Source: Mobula hypostoma (lineage: Eukaryota). From it: a DNA stretch of 64,000 nucleotides. The notes under the pieces were generated by a model. It had not been told where the DNA came from and made no database searches. It saw nothing but the letters and a program-made list of their open reading frames with translations. Below, piece after piece: positions 49,359-60,974 of this stretch (the first letter of the stretch is position 1; every line of letters begins with the position of its first letter). Where the stretch lies: contig NC_086097.1 in assembly GCF_963921235.1 (NCBI RefSeq), positions 127,536,001 through 127,600,000 of the forward strand. Reading direction: 5' to 3'. The translations under genes and the position numbers were made by a program.

Positions 49359-51466
49359 GACCATAAGACCATAAGACAAAGGAGCAGAAGTAGGCCATTC
49401 AGCCCATCAAGTCTGCTCCGCCATCTTATCATGAGCTGATCCGTTTTCTCCTATTTAGTCCCACTCCCCCGCTTTCTCACCATAACCTTTGATGCCCTGG
49501 CTACTCAGATACCTATTAATCTCTGCCTTAAATACACCCAATGACTTGGCCTCCACTGCTGCCCGTGGCAACAAATTCCATAGATTCACCACCCTCTGAC
49601 TAAAAAAATTTCTTCGCACTTCTGTTCTGAATGGGCGCCCTTCAATCCTTAAGTCATGCCCTCTCGTACTAGACTCCCCCATCATGGGAAACAACTTTGC
49701 CACATCCACTCTGTCCATGCCTTTTAACATTCGGAATGTTTCTATGAGGTCTCCCCCATCATTCTTCTAAACTCCAAGGAATACAGTCCAAGAGCGGACA
49801 AACATTCCTCATATGTTAACCCTCTCATTCCCGGAATCATTCTAGTGAATCTTCTCTGTATCCTCTCCAATGTCAGCACATCCTTTCTTAAATAAGGAGA
49901 CCAAAACTGCCCACAGTACCTCAAGTGAGGTCTCACCAGCGCCTTATAGAGCCTCAACATCACATCCCTGCTCCTATACTCTATTCCTCTAGAAATGAAT
50001 GCCAACATTGCATTCACCTTCTTCACTACTGACTCAACCTGGAGGTTAACTTTAAGGGTATCCTGTACGAGGACTCCCAAGTCCCATTGCATCTCAGAAC
50101 TTTGAATTCTTTCCCCATTTAAATAATAGTCTGCCCGTTTATTTTCTCTGCCGAAGTGCATAACCATACACTTTCCAACAGTGTACTTCATTTGCCACTT
50201 CTCTGCCCATTCTTCCAATCTATCCAAGTCTCTCTGCAGACTCTCCATTTCCTCAGCACTACCGGCCCCTCCACCTATCTTCGTATCATCAGCAAACTTA
50301 GCCACAAAGCCATCTATTCCATAATCCAAATCGTTGATGTACAATGTAAAAAGAAGTGGCCCCAGCACTGATCCCTGTGGAACACCACTGGTAACCGGCA
50401 GCCAATCAGAATAGGATCCCTTTATTCCCACTCTCTGTTTCCTGCCAATCAGCCAACGCTCTATCCACGTATGTAACTTTCTCGTAATTCCATAGGCTCT
50501 TATCTTGTTAAGTAGCCTCATGTGTGGCACCTTGTCAAAGACCTTCTGAAAATCCAAATATACAACATCCACTGCATCTCCCTTGTCTAGCCTACTGGTA
50601 ATTTCCTCAAAAAATTGTAATAGGTTTGTCAGGCAGGATTTTCCTTTAAGGAATCCATGCTGAGTTCTGCCTATCTTGTCATATGCCTCCAGGCACTCTG
50701 TAACCTCATCCTTGACAATCGACTTCAACAACTTCCCAACCACCGATGTCAAGCTAACAGGTCTATAATTTCCTTTTTGCTTCCTTGCCCTCTTCTTAAA
50801 TAGCGGAGTGACATTTGCAATCTTCCAGTCCTCCGGAACCATGCCAGAATCTATCGACTTTTGCAAGATCATCGCTAATGCCTCCGCAATCTCCACAGCT
50901 ACTTCCTTCAGAACACGAAGGTGCATTCCATCTGGTCCAGGAGATTTATCTACCTTTAGCCTATTCAGCTGCCTGAGTACCTTCTCTGTCGTAATTGTGA
51001 CTGCGCACACTTCTCTTCCCTGCCACCCTTGAGTGTCCGGGATACTGCTGATGTCTTCCTCAGTGAAGACTGATGCAAAATATTCATTCAGTTCCTCTAC
51101 CATCTCCTTATCTCCCATTACAATTTCTCCAGCATCATTTTCTATCGGTCCTATATCTACTCTCACCTGTCCTTTACTCTTTATATACTTGAAAAAGCTT
51201 TTAGTATCCTCTTTGATATTATTTGCTAGCTTCCTTTCATAGTTAATCTTTTCTCTCTTAATGACCTTCTTGGTTTCCTTTTGTAAGGTTTTAAAAACTT
51301 TCCAATCCTCTGTCTTCCCACTAATTTTTGCTTCCTTGTATGCCTTCTCCTTTGCTTTAACTTTGGCTTTGACTTCTCTTGTCAACCACGGTTGCATCTT
51401 TTTTCCACTCGAAAATTTCTTCTTTTTTGGAATATACCTGCCTTGCACATTCCTCATTTCTCGCAT
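49359..51466 (-). mobile_element. Young 5'-truncated CR1 LINE with long open RT frame
   Basis: ORF 49742-51706 has RT motifs (YRPVSLTS, PQGSVLGPLLF, KFADDTK) plus ORF 49455-49730; (TCTTATGG)n tail; TSD AAATAAATAA (49349-49358 / 51467-51476). Confidence 0.95.
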
Positions 51467-51741
51467 AAATAAATAATCGAGACCTCCTCTTTGCCCAACG
51501 TCCAACCTATCCAGACCTTTCAGTATCCGGTAGCTTTCAATGTGCTTGCTCTTATCTGTCTGAACTCCATCATCTTCAGGTCCACAGATATTGTTTAAGC
51601 ACCTGGGCACTCGAGGGTTAAGGGACAGAGTCACTAATCCAGGGTTTTCCAATGTTCTATAGATGTGTTCACAGTAAGTGGTTGATTTCTTAATATATGC
51701 CACCACTTCCAGAAGTTGAAAAGTTGCCTGATGAACATATA

Positions 51742-52304
51742 CAGTGGATTTTTGTTAATTGGTCCATCAGTTAATTGGGGAAGAACAAAAGAAAATAGAC
51801 AGAGTTCCCTTTGTTTATTTGAGACTATGCTGCATAATTGGGACAGAAGACTTTTGTCCACTGGCTAAGGTCATCAGGTTTAGCCTGGCCGTCAAAGTGG
51901 TGTACTGGGGAGAGGCCACTGTCTCACGTGAACAGGTACTTGGAGCCACAGGTGAGAGCTGAGTGTCTGAGGGGGACCAAAAGGTAAGTGTGCTGCCCCA
52001 GAATGGACTGGGAAAGCCCTTTCATCAGAAGTGCTACCCCTCCCTGGACACTCCATACATGGCACCGTACAGCAGCTGAATTCTTTTTGATAACTATTAG
52101 GAACTAATATACAGTTTTATAGAATGGTGGTAGCTTTGGTGTGGTTCTAATTTGTTCTGTATTTCATTTAAATACATACATAATTTGTTATGCAGTTAAA
52201 CTGTAGTTTGTCTTTTTATATGAAGCTTCAGCTACTTGGGGCAGTTGCTTAATTGGGCCAATGTGTATTGGTCCTGACATGTCCCAACGAACTGGAATCC
52301 ACTG
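51742..52304. mobile_element. Tc1/mariner-pogo (Tigger-like) MITE
   Basis: Termini CAGTGGATT / AATCCACTG; TA on left, TG on right; internal taattggg motifs. Confidence 0.6.
51870..52060 (-). mobile_element. RTE 5'UTR-like fragment homologous to 2180-2370, nested in the MITE
   Basis: Reverse complement shares cagggaggggtagcac, cactcagctctcacctgtggctcc and ggctaaacc. Confidence 0.75.
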
Positions 52305-52651
52305 TGCATGTAAAGTAGGTTTGATCATTCTTGATCCATTCCCCTCAGGTGTACTTTTCCCATAGCAGCACTTTGCATGGTGCTTGAAGCCTCCAATTTG
52401 TCTGGAATTGAAATTGGTTTATTATTGTGACCTGTACTGAGATACAGTGAAAACTTTGTTCTACATGCCATCCACACAGATCACGTCAAAGCACAAGAAC
52501 ACTGATGTAATACAAGGGAAAGGAAATAACAGAATGCAGAACATTTGAGATTCAAGACTCAAGATTGTTTAATGTGATTCATCAGTAGACAAGTCTAAAG
52601 GAGAACAAAATAATTGCTGCTTGGATCCGATGCAGCATATAAAAAAAGTCT

Positions 52652-54272
52652 CAAGCAACCCACGCAAAATGCTGGAGAAACTCAGCAGGCCAGGCAGCAT
52701 CTATGGAAAAGAACAAACAGTTGGTGATTTGGCCAGAGACACTTTATCAGGGCTGGAAAGGAAGGGGGAAGAAGTACAAGGTGATAGGTGAAACTGGGGG
52801 TGGGGGGGAGGGGTGAAGTAAAGAGCTGGGAAGTTGATTGGTGAAAGCAATAAAAGGCTGGAGAAGGGGGAATCTGATAGGCGAGGACAGAAGACCATGG
52901 AAGAAAGGGAAGGGGAAGGAGCACCAGAGGGAGCTGATGGGCAGGTGAGAGAGGGAAATGGGAATGGGGAATGGTGAAATGGGGGCAATTACCAGAAGTT
53001 TGAGATATTGACATTCATGCCATCAGTTCGGAGGCTACACAGATGGAATAAAAGGGGTTGGTCCTCCAATCCGTGTGTGGCCTCATCTTGGCAGTAGAGG
53101 AGACATGGACTAACATGTCGTAATGGGAATGAGGAGTCGAATTAAAATGGGTGGCCACCCAGAAATCATGCTTTTTGTGGGGGATGGAACAAAGGTGCTC
53201 AATGAAGCGATCTCCCAATCCATGTCAGGTCTCATCGATACACAGGAGGCCACACCGGGAGCACCAGATGCAATAGATGACCCTAACAGAGTCAAAGGTG
53301 AAGTGTCACCTCACTTGGAAGGACTGTTTGGGGTCCTGAATTGTAGTGAGGGAGGAGGTGTAGGGCAGGTATGGCATTTGTTCTGCTTGCAAGAATAAGT
53401 ACCAGGAGAGAGATCAGTGGGGAGGGATGAGTAGACAAGGGAGTTGAGTAGGGAGCGATCCCTTTGGAAAGTGGAAAGTGGGGTGAGACAAAAATGTGCT
53501 TGGGAGTGGGGTCCAGTTGGAGATGGCGCAAGTTACGGAGAATTATGTGCTGGAGTTACTGAGAACTATGTTGTCCCTACACTGCCTCCCTGACTACCAG
53601 GCTTATCCTTGCAAGCAGGTGAAGGGACATACCTGTCCACCACAAAATGCAGGATCTCCCAGTGGCACCCATTTCAGTTCTACTTCCCATTCCCATTCCA
53701 ACATGTCAGTCCATGGCCGTCTCTACTGCCACAATGAGGCCATGGACTGACATGTTGGAATGGGAATGGGAAGTAGAACTGAAATGGCTGGCCATTTTGA
53801 GTTGAAGATCTTATGTTCTGTCTGGGTGATGGCATGAACATTGATTTATTGAACTTCCGGTAATGCCCCAACCCCACACCCCTCACCATTCCCCATCCCC
53901 CTTTCCCTCTCTCACCTTACCTCCTTGCTTGCACTCTCTGGTGCTCCTCCCCCTTTTCTTTCTTCCATGGTCTTGGGTTCTCTCCTATCGGATTCCCCAT
54001 TCTTCAGCCATTGATCTCTTTCACGAATCAACTTCCCAGCTCCTTACTTCACCCACTCCTCCTCGCCTTGTTTTATTTATCACCTGCCACCTTGTATCTC
54101 TCCCTCCCTCCTCCCACTTTCTTAGTCTGACTCCTTCCCCCTTCCTTTCCAGTCCTGACGAAGGGTCTCAGTCCGAAACATTGACGGTTCACTCCTTTAC
54201 ATAGATGCTTCCTGTCCCGTTGAGTTCCTCCAGCATTTTGTGTGTATTGTTTTGGATTTGCAGCATCTGCAG
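52652..54272. mobile_element. Penelope-like element, head-to-head inverted halves
   Basis: Minus half 52652-53545 (GIY-YIG remnants), plus half 53570-54272 with hammerhead at 54151-54186. Confidence 0.82.
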
Positions 54273-54649
54273 AATGCAGCATTAAGAATATAATAAATAA
54301 TAAACTTAAGATTAGCTCATACTGTACACATAGACTGAAAGTATGTACATAAAATGATGCTAGGTATCTGTACATAAGGTGACTCTGACAGAAAATGACA
54401 AAGTGGGGAGTGGGATGGGATGGGTTAATGGTGGCGATGTTGATCAGCCTGATGGCTTGGGAGAAGTAACTGTTTTTGAGTCTGGTGGGCCTGGTGTGGA
54501 TGCTGCACATCATTTTCCTTGATGGGTGTGGGACAAACAGTCCATGAGCAGGGTGGCTGGGATCCTTCATGATATTGCTGGCCTTTTTTTGGTATCTTTC
54601 TGTATATGTGTCCTTGACAGCAGATAGGCTGGTGCTGGTGTTGCATTAG

Positions 54650-55008
54650 AACGTTTAGTTTTTTGGCGCGTGCCTGCGTGCGTGCGAGCCTGTTCGTCTG
54701 TGTCTGTGTGTGCGTGCGTGCGTGCGTGTCTGTGTGTGTGCGCGTGCGTGTGCGTGCATCCGTGATGATGTCTTTTTCATGGCTTTTTACAAGGCGCGGA
54801 GTGAGAGAGGGAGACTGTGTGGCCCGCCATTCCTCACACAGACATTTTTGCAGTATTTTTCCCTTTATTTTACGAGGTCGAGTTGTGATCTCGACACTCA
54901 ATCCGGCACGGATGGAAAGTATACTCGGGAGCGGACCCGACTGGTTTTGAACCCGGGAACCTCTGCTCCCGGGTCCGGTGCTGATGTCATTGCGCCACCA
55001 GCCGGCCC
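54650..55008 (-). mobile_element. tRNA-derived SINE with (CA/CG)n tail
   Basis: Head gggccggctggtggcgcaatg..gggttcaaaacc (A/B boxes); TSD GCATTAG (54643-49 / 55009-15). Confidence 0.8.
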
Positions 55009-56129
55009 GCATTAGGACATTTTAACTACCCACTGAAGAGTCCTCCTGTCCACTGTGGTGCAGTTTCCGTACCATGCAGTGATACAGCATGTTATGTTGC
55101 TCTCAAATGCTCATCTGTAGAAGGTCGTGAGTGTTGATGTGGATAGACCAGCTCTCTTCAGCCTCCTCAGAAAGGAGAGGCATTGGTGAACCTTCTTGAC
55201 TGTGGAGGATGTGTTCTGGACCATGAGAGCTTGTGTGACATATGGACCCTCCCAGGACTTTGAAACGACTTGCAGTTTCCACTACCGTGTCATTGATGTG
55301 AAGAGGGTTGTGAGCAGTGTGAGTTTTCCTGAAATCGATAATCATCTCCTTCATCTTGCTTGCATTGAGGGAGAAGTTATTTGCCTGGTATCAGGCTTCA
55401 AGCTCTTCCATTTCCTCACTGTAGGCTATTTCATCATTGTTGATGACAATCCCCCCCCACTGTTATGTCATCGATGAACTTGATAATGTAATTGTTCATG
55501 TGTTTGGCCATGCAGAATTGTATAGCAGTGCCTCAGCACACAGCCTTGGCTGGAACCTGTGTTGAGGATGATGGGAATTGGGCGGGGGGTCGGTGGGAAG
55601 AGCACTTGTGCCTCTTGACCATCTGAAGTCTGTTGGTTAGGAAGTCCAACCCTGAGTTGCACAATGGTATACTTGGACCAAGGAGTAGTAGTTTGTTCCC
55701 AAGGTCTGTGGGGTAATGGTGTTGAATGCAGAACTGAAATCCAGAAGCAGTGCTCTGACGCGAGTGTCCCTTTTTTCTAGGTTTGTCAGGGCCAGGTGCA
55801 AGACAGACACTACAGCACCTGCTGTAGAGCGGTTCTGTCGATAAGCATATTGGTGTGTGTCCAGTGTTTCAAGAATGGAGATTTGATGTGTATCACTACC
55901 ACCTGTTCAAAGCACTTCATGATGATAGGCCTCAGTGCCACCAGACAGTAGTCGTTTCATTCTGAAGGTGCAGAGTTCTTTGGCAAAGGGATGATTTTGG
56001 CTGATTTGAAGCATGTGGAGACAGCTGAAGATGTCTATGAAGACGTCAGTGAGATAATATGCACACTCCCTGTGTACTTAGCCTGGATGTTGTCACCTCC
56101 TGCCTAAGTAAGGGCCATGACCACAATTA

Positions 56130-57052
56130 CTCTTCTACAGTGGATGCAAACTCACTTGCTCTCCACTTGGCCTTGGATCACCTGGACAATAGCAATAGCT
56201 ATGTCAGGCTGCTGTTTACAGCTCAAGGTTCATCACAATCATACCCTCAGTTCTAATCAACAATCTCCAATACCTGGGCTTCTGTATCTCCATCTGGATT
56301 GGAAATAACATTTACTCTTCGCTGACAATCAGCGCAAGGAAGTGTACTCAGCCCACTGCTCTACTCTCTCTGCACACGTGACTGTCTGACTGGGCACAAC
56401 TCAAACACCATCTATAAACTTGCCAGTGACACCATTGTTGATGGAAGAATTTCAGATGGTGACATACAGTAGTGCAATAGATCAGCTGGTGAAGTGGAGT
56501 GACAGCAACAACCTTGCATTCACTGTCAGTAAGACCGAGGAATTGATTGTGGACTTCAGGATGGGGAAGTCGAGGGAACACTCTCCAGTCCTCATTGAGG
56601 GACTCCTCAGCAGTGGAAAGAGTGAGCAGTTTCTACTTCCTGAGGGTCAACATCTTTGATGATCTATTGTGGGTCCAACATATTGATGCAATTAGAACAA
56701 GCCATGACAGCAGCTATATTTCATTAGGAGTTTGAGGAGAATTGGTATCTCACCAAAGGCACAAATTTCTACATACCATGGAGAGCATTCTAACTGATTG
56801 CCTCACCGCCACTCACCAGATTGGAAAAAATTGCAGGAAGTTGTAAATACAGCCAGCTACTTCATGGGCACTAGCCTCCCCAGCATCGAGGACACCTTCA
56901 AAATGCGATGCCTCAAAAAGGTGGCTTCCATGATTAAGGACCCCCTCACCCAGGACATGACCTCTTCTCATTGTTACCATCAAGCAGGAGGTACAGGAGC
57001 AAACAAAGGATTTCATGACCTATGCCAGTGGTATTAAACCTGATTCTGATTC
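56130..57052 (+). mobile_element. Decayed Rex1/Babar LINE
   Basis: LALHLALDHLDNSNSYVRLLF; VSKTEELIVDFR; (GATTCT)n tail. Confidence 0.82.
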
Positions 57053-57393
57053 TGCACTTGGAGTATTGTGAGCTGTTTCAGGCCCTTCATCTATGAAAGG
57101 ATGTGCTGACAGTGGAGAGGGTCCAGTAGAGACTCACGAATGACCTAGGAATGACAGGGTTAATATTTAATGGCTCTGGGTCTCTACTCACTGGAGTTTA
57201 GAGGAATGGGGGATGGGGGAAATCTCATTGAAACCTATCGAATATCGAAAGGCCTAGATAGAGTGGACGTGGAGAGGATGCTTCCTATAGTGGGGGAGTC
57301 TAGTACCAGAAAGCACAGCCTCAGAATAGAAGGACGTCCTTTCAGAAGAAAGATAAGGAGGAATTTCTTTCATCAAGGCATGGTGAATTTTTG

Positions 57394-58151
57394 CAGACAT
57401 CCCACCTCTCCTGGAAGTTCTGGGAGTCTCCTGCATATGAATAGTGGCTCCCTGATGCCCGCAAATTATATACAATATCACGGAAATCAATTTTTTTGAG
57501 AGCAAGCGAGAGAAAGCAAGAGAGAGCACGAGAGCGACCACGAGAGAGAGCATGCGTGCGAGAGAGAGCAACCGAGAGAGAAAGCGAGAGCACACGAGTG
57601 AGAGAGCGAGAGAGAACGAGAGAGACAGAAAGCAAGTGAGAGCGCTTGAGAGCGTGCGAGCGACCATGAGAGAGAGAGAGAGCACGAGCGAGAGAGAGCG
57701 CGAGAGCAAGCAAGCGAGTGAGAGAGTGAGAGAGACAGAAAGCGAGAGCGCTTGAGAGTGCGCGAGCGACCATGAGAGAGAGAGAGGAGAGAGTGCGCGA
57801 GTGAGAGCACGCCATGGCAGAGTGTTCTAAAAAAAATATAAAACGTACGTCACCACAGACTATAGTAAAGTATACCCCTGCCTAATAGGGGTCAAAGTAA
57901 TGACAGTGTTGCTCGCTGCACTGTTTGTAACAGTGACTTTTCTATTGCCCATGGTGGGTTCAGACTGTAAAAGATGTGTTGAGGTGAGTTTAACAGGAGT
58001 CATTCGTTCATTAGCATAGCTAACATTATTTAAACTAGCTGGTAGCTGCTAAGGAGCTGCTCTATTATAAGCATCCCACCTCTCCCGGGAGTGTCCCGCA
58101 AATTGATGTTGCTACCTCCCTGAAATGAGTTTTTGCAGGGTGGGATGTCTG
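57394..58151. mobile_element. Non-autonomous DNA transposon (hAT-like?)
   Basis: 13-bp perfect TIR CAGACATCCCACC; possible 6-bp TSD TTTTTG/TTCTTG; internal GA-rich repeat. Confidence 0.8.
57498..57810. repeat. GA/GAGC complex microsatellite within the MITE
   Basis: Direct inspection. Confidence 0.9.
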
Positions 58152-58544
58152 TTCTTGGAATTCCTTGCCACAAATGGCAGTGGGTACCAAGTCATTGAAA
58201 GCAGATGGTGATATGTCTTGATAAGTAAGAGTGTCAAAGGTTATGTGGAGAAGGCACAAGAATGAGGTTGAGAAGGATAATGATGGAACAGTGGCAGGCT
58301 CGATAGGTCGATGGCCCTAATGATGCTCCTTTGCCTTTTGATCTTATGGTCTTTTCCATGTGTTGTGGCCTTTTTGAACATCTACCACTTTGTCTGTTCA
58401 ATACAGTCCTGAAGCACAGAGATTGTCTCGTTCGTCCATAGGACACCGAAATAGCTGGAAAAACCAGGGAGAAAGTGCAAACTCCACGCAGACGGGAGCT
58501 GAGGTCAGGATTGAACCCAGATCTGATGTGCTGTGATGCACTGA

Positions 58545-60920
58545 GTCCATAGCTGCAGAATACAATGTAAAAGTTACAGAGTAAGTCCTGTGCAGATAGA
58601 CAAGAAGGTGCAAGGTCAATGACGAGGTAGAATGTGAGGTCAAGAGGTTCATCTTTAATGTACTAGTGATCCATTGAAGAACCTCTTAACAGCAGGAGAG
58701 AAGCCATCTTTGAGCCTGGTGGTGTGTGCTCTCAGGCTTTTGTATCATCCTCCTAATGGAAGAGGGGAGAGTTGAAGGGGTTCTGGAGCAGGATGGGTCT
58801 TTGATTATTTTGGCTGCTTTTCTGATCAGCAACTCATGTAGCAGAGTCCATGGAGGAGAAGCTATTTTTTTGTGATGGGCTGAGCAGTGTCCACAAGTCT
58901 CTGCAGTTTTTTTTTTAGGTCTTCAAAGATCAAAGTTCAATGTTCAATGTAAATTTATTATGAAGGCACATATATGCTACCATATACAGTCCTGAGATTC
59001 ATTTTCTTGTGGGCAATCACAGAAACTCGATAGAATCAATGAAAGACTGTATCTACCAGGACTGACAAACAACCAGTGTGCAAAAAGCAACAAGCTGTAC
59101 AAATACAAAATGAAAAAAAGAAAGAAATAATAATGATAATAAATAAATAAGCAATAAATATAGAGAACATGAGATGAAGTGTCCTCGAAAGTGAGTCTAT
59201 GGGAAAAGTTCAGTGATGGGATGAGTAAAGCTGAGTGAAGTTATCCCCTCTGGTTCAAGAGCCTCACGGTTGAGGGATAAGAACTATTCCTGAACCTGGT
59301 GGTGTAGGTCCTGAGGATCCTGTACCTTCTTCCATGATGGCAGCAGTGAGAAGAATGCATGGCCTGGGTGGTGGGGTTCCTTAATGATGGACGCTGCTTT
59401 CCTGTGGCAGCACTCCATGTAGATGTGCTCAGTGGTGGGGAGGGCTTTACCCGTGATGGACTGGGCCGTATCCACTACTTTGATTTTCCATTCAAGGGCA
59501 TTGGTGTTTCCATACCAGGCTATAATGCAGCCGGTCAATATACTCTCCACCACACGTCTATAGAAGTTTGTCCATGTTTTAGATGTGATACTGAATCTTC
59601 ACAAACTTCTAATGAAGTAGAGGCGCTGCTGTGCTTTCTTTGTATATTCTGTGTTTTTGCCCATTCTTTCCTGTTGCCATCTGCTGTGATTTGTTAGTTT
59701 CTTTTGTGTGTGGAGGGGTGGTTTTGGGGTTTGATGCTCTTCTTGCTGTTTGCGCAATTTTTTTTGCACGCGGGGGTTTGATAATCGTGACGCTGTTCTT
59801 TCTTGCTACCGTTTGGCACGATTTGCTAGTTTGTTTTATGAGGGAGTGTTGGGGTTTGATGTCCTTGCTGTTCGCACGATTTGTTTTTCGTCATGAGGGT
59901 GTTGATGTTGCCTTTTGTGTGATTTGTTTTTTTTTGTGTGGGGGTTAGTTTGATGTTTTTCTTGGAACGACTTCCATGGGTTTTTTTGTTTTGTGGCTCT
60001 CTGGAGAAGACAAATCTCAGAGTTCTATACAGTATACGTACTTTGATAATAAATGAACCTTTGAACCTTGGAAAATTTTGGAACCTTTGAAATTGCACGT
60101 ACAGGAGAGATCCTCTGAAATACAGGAGAGATCCTCTGAAATGATAACACTGAGGAATTTAAATTTGCTGACTGTATCCACACTTGATCTCCTGATAAGG
60201 ACTGGCTCATGGACCTCTGGTTTCCTCCTCCTGAAGTCAATAGTCGTCTCCTTGGTGTTGCAGGCATTGAATGAGAGGTTGTGGTTGGGCACCACGCAGC
60301 CAGATTTTCAATCTCTGAATCAATCACGACCTTTGTCATCAGCCAACTTAAATATGGCATAGGAGCTGTGCTTAGCCTCACAGTCATAAGTGTAAAGCGA
60401 GTAGAGCAGGCGCTAAGCACACAGCCTTGTAGTGCACCTGTATTGATGGAGTTGGTGAAGGAGACGTTGTTGCCAATTCGTATTGACTGGGGTCTGCAAG
60501 TGAGGAAATTGATGGTCCAGTCTTGGGTGAAGCAGTTCCCATACCAATCTGTGATGTATCTGGATGAGATACTTTATATGGTGCATCTCTAAAAATTGCT
60601 GAGGGGTCATTGATAACATGTCGAATTTCCTTAGCCTTCTCAGGAGGTGCCCATGTGCTTTCTTTGCTATAGTATCTGTATGGTTAGAGCAGGACAAATT
60701 GTTGGTGATGCTTGCAACTAAGAGCTAGGAGCTCTCAGCCCATCTCCACCTCAGCAGCACTGATACATACAGAGGTGTGTACTCTGCCCACTTCCTGCAG
60801 TCAATGACCGGTTCTTTTGTTTTGCTGGCATTGAGAGAATCATTGTTGTTACGACTCCATGTTACTTCACTCTCCATCTCCTTTCTGTATTTCAGCTTGT
60901 CATTATTTGAGTTCCCTGAG
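58545..60920 (-). mobile_element. Cluster of Rex1/Babar fragments with a plus-strand Rex1-tailed insert (about 59640-60090)
   Basis: ORFs 59284-59553, 60017-60295, 60413-60697; 21-bp tandem duplication 60100-60141. Confidence 0.8.
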
Positions 60921-60974
60921 ACAGAAAAGCATGTGAGGGATGTCTATTTAGAAATTGTTCAAGTACGTAAGAGT

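Larger units (their letters stand above)
52545..56050 (-). mobile_element. Rex1/Babar LINE hosting Penelope and SINE insertions
   Basis: RT pieces (NTGSSQGCVL, KEMIIDFRK, KDPSHPAHGLF); gattcaag tail. Confidence 0.8.
57055..58350 (+). mobile_element. CR1 3' fragment split by a MITE
   Basis: ALGLYSLEFRG..KGLDRVDVERM; resumes after 58151. Confidence 0.82.

Noticed and set aside
49742..51706. 654-aa ORF as a host gene
   Set aside because: It is CR1 ORF2; the first ~80 aa are chance read-through from flanking sequence beyond the TSD
54425..55015. 195-aa and overlapping ORFs
   Set aside because: They span a SINE, its CA/CG repeat and Rex1 sequence
57254..57815. Leu/Ser- and Arg/Glu-rich ORFs
   Set aside because: Translations of a GA microsatellite
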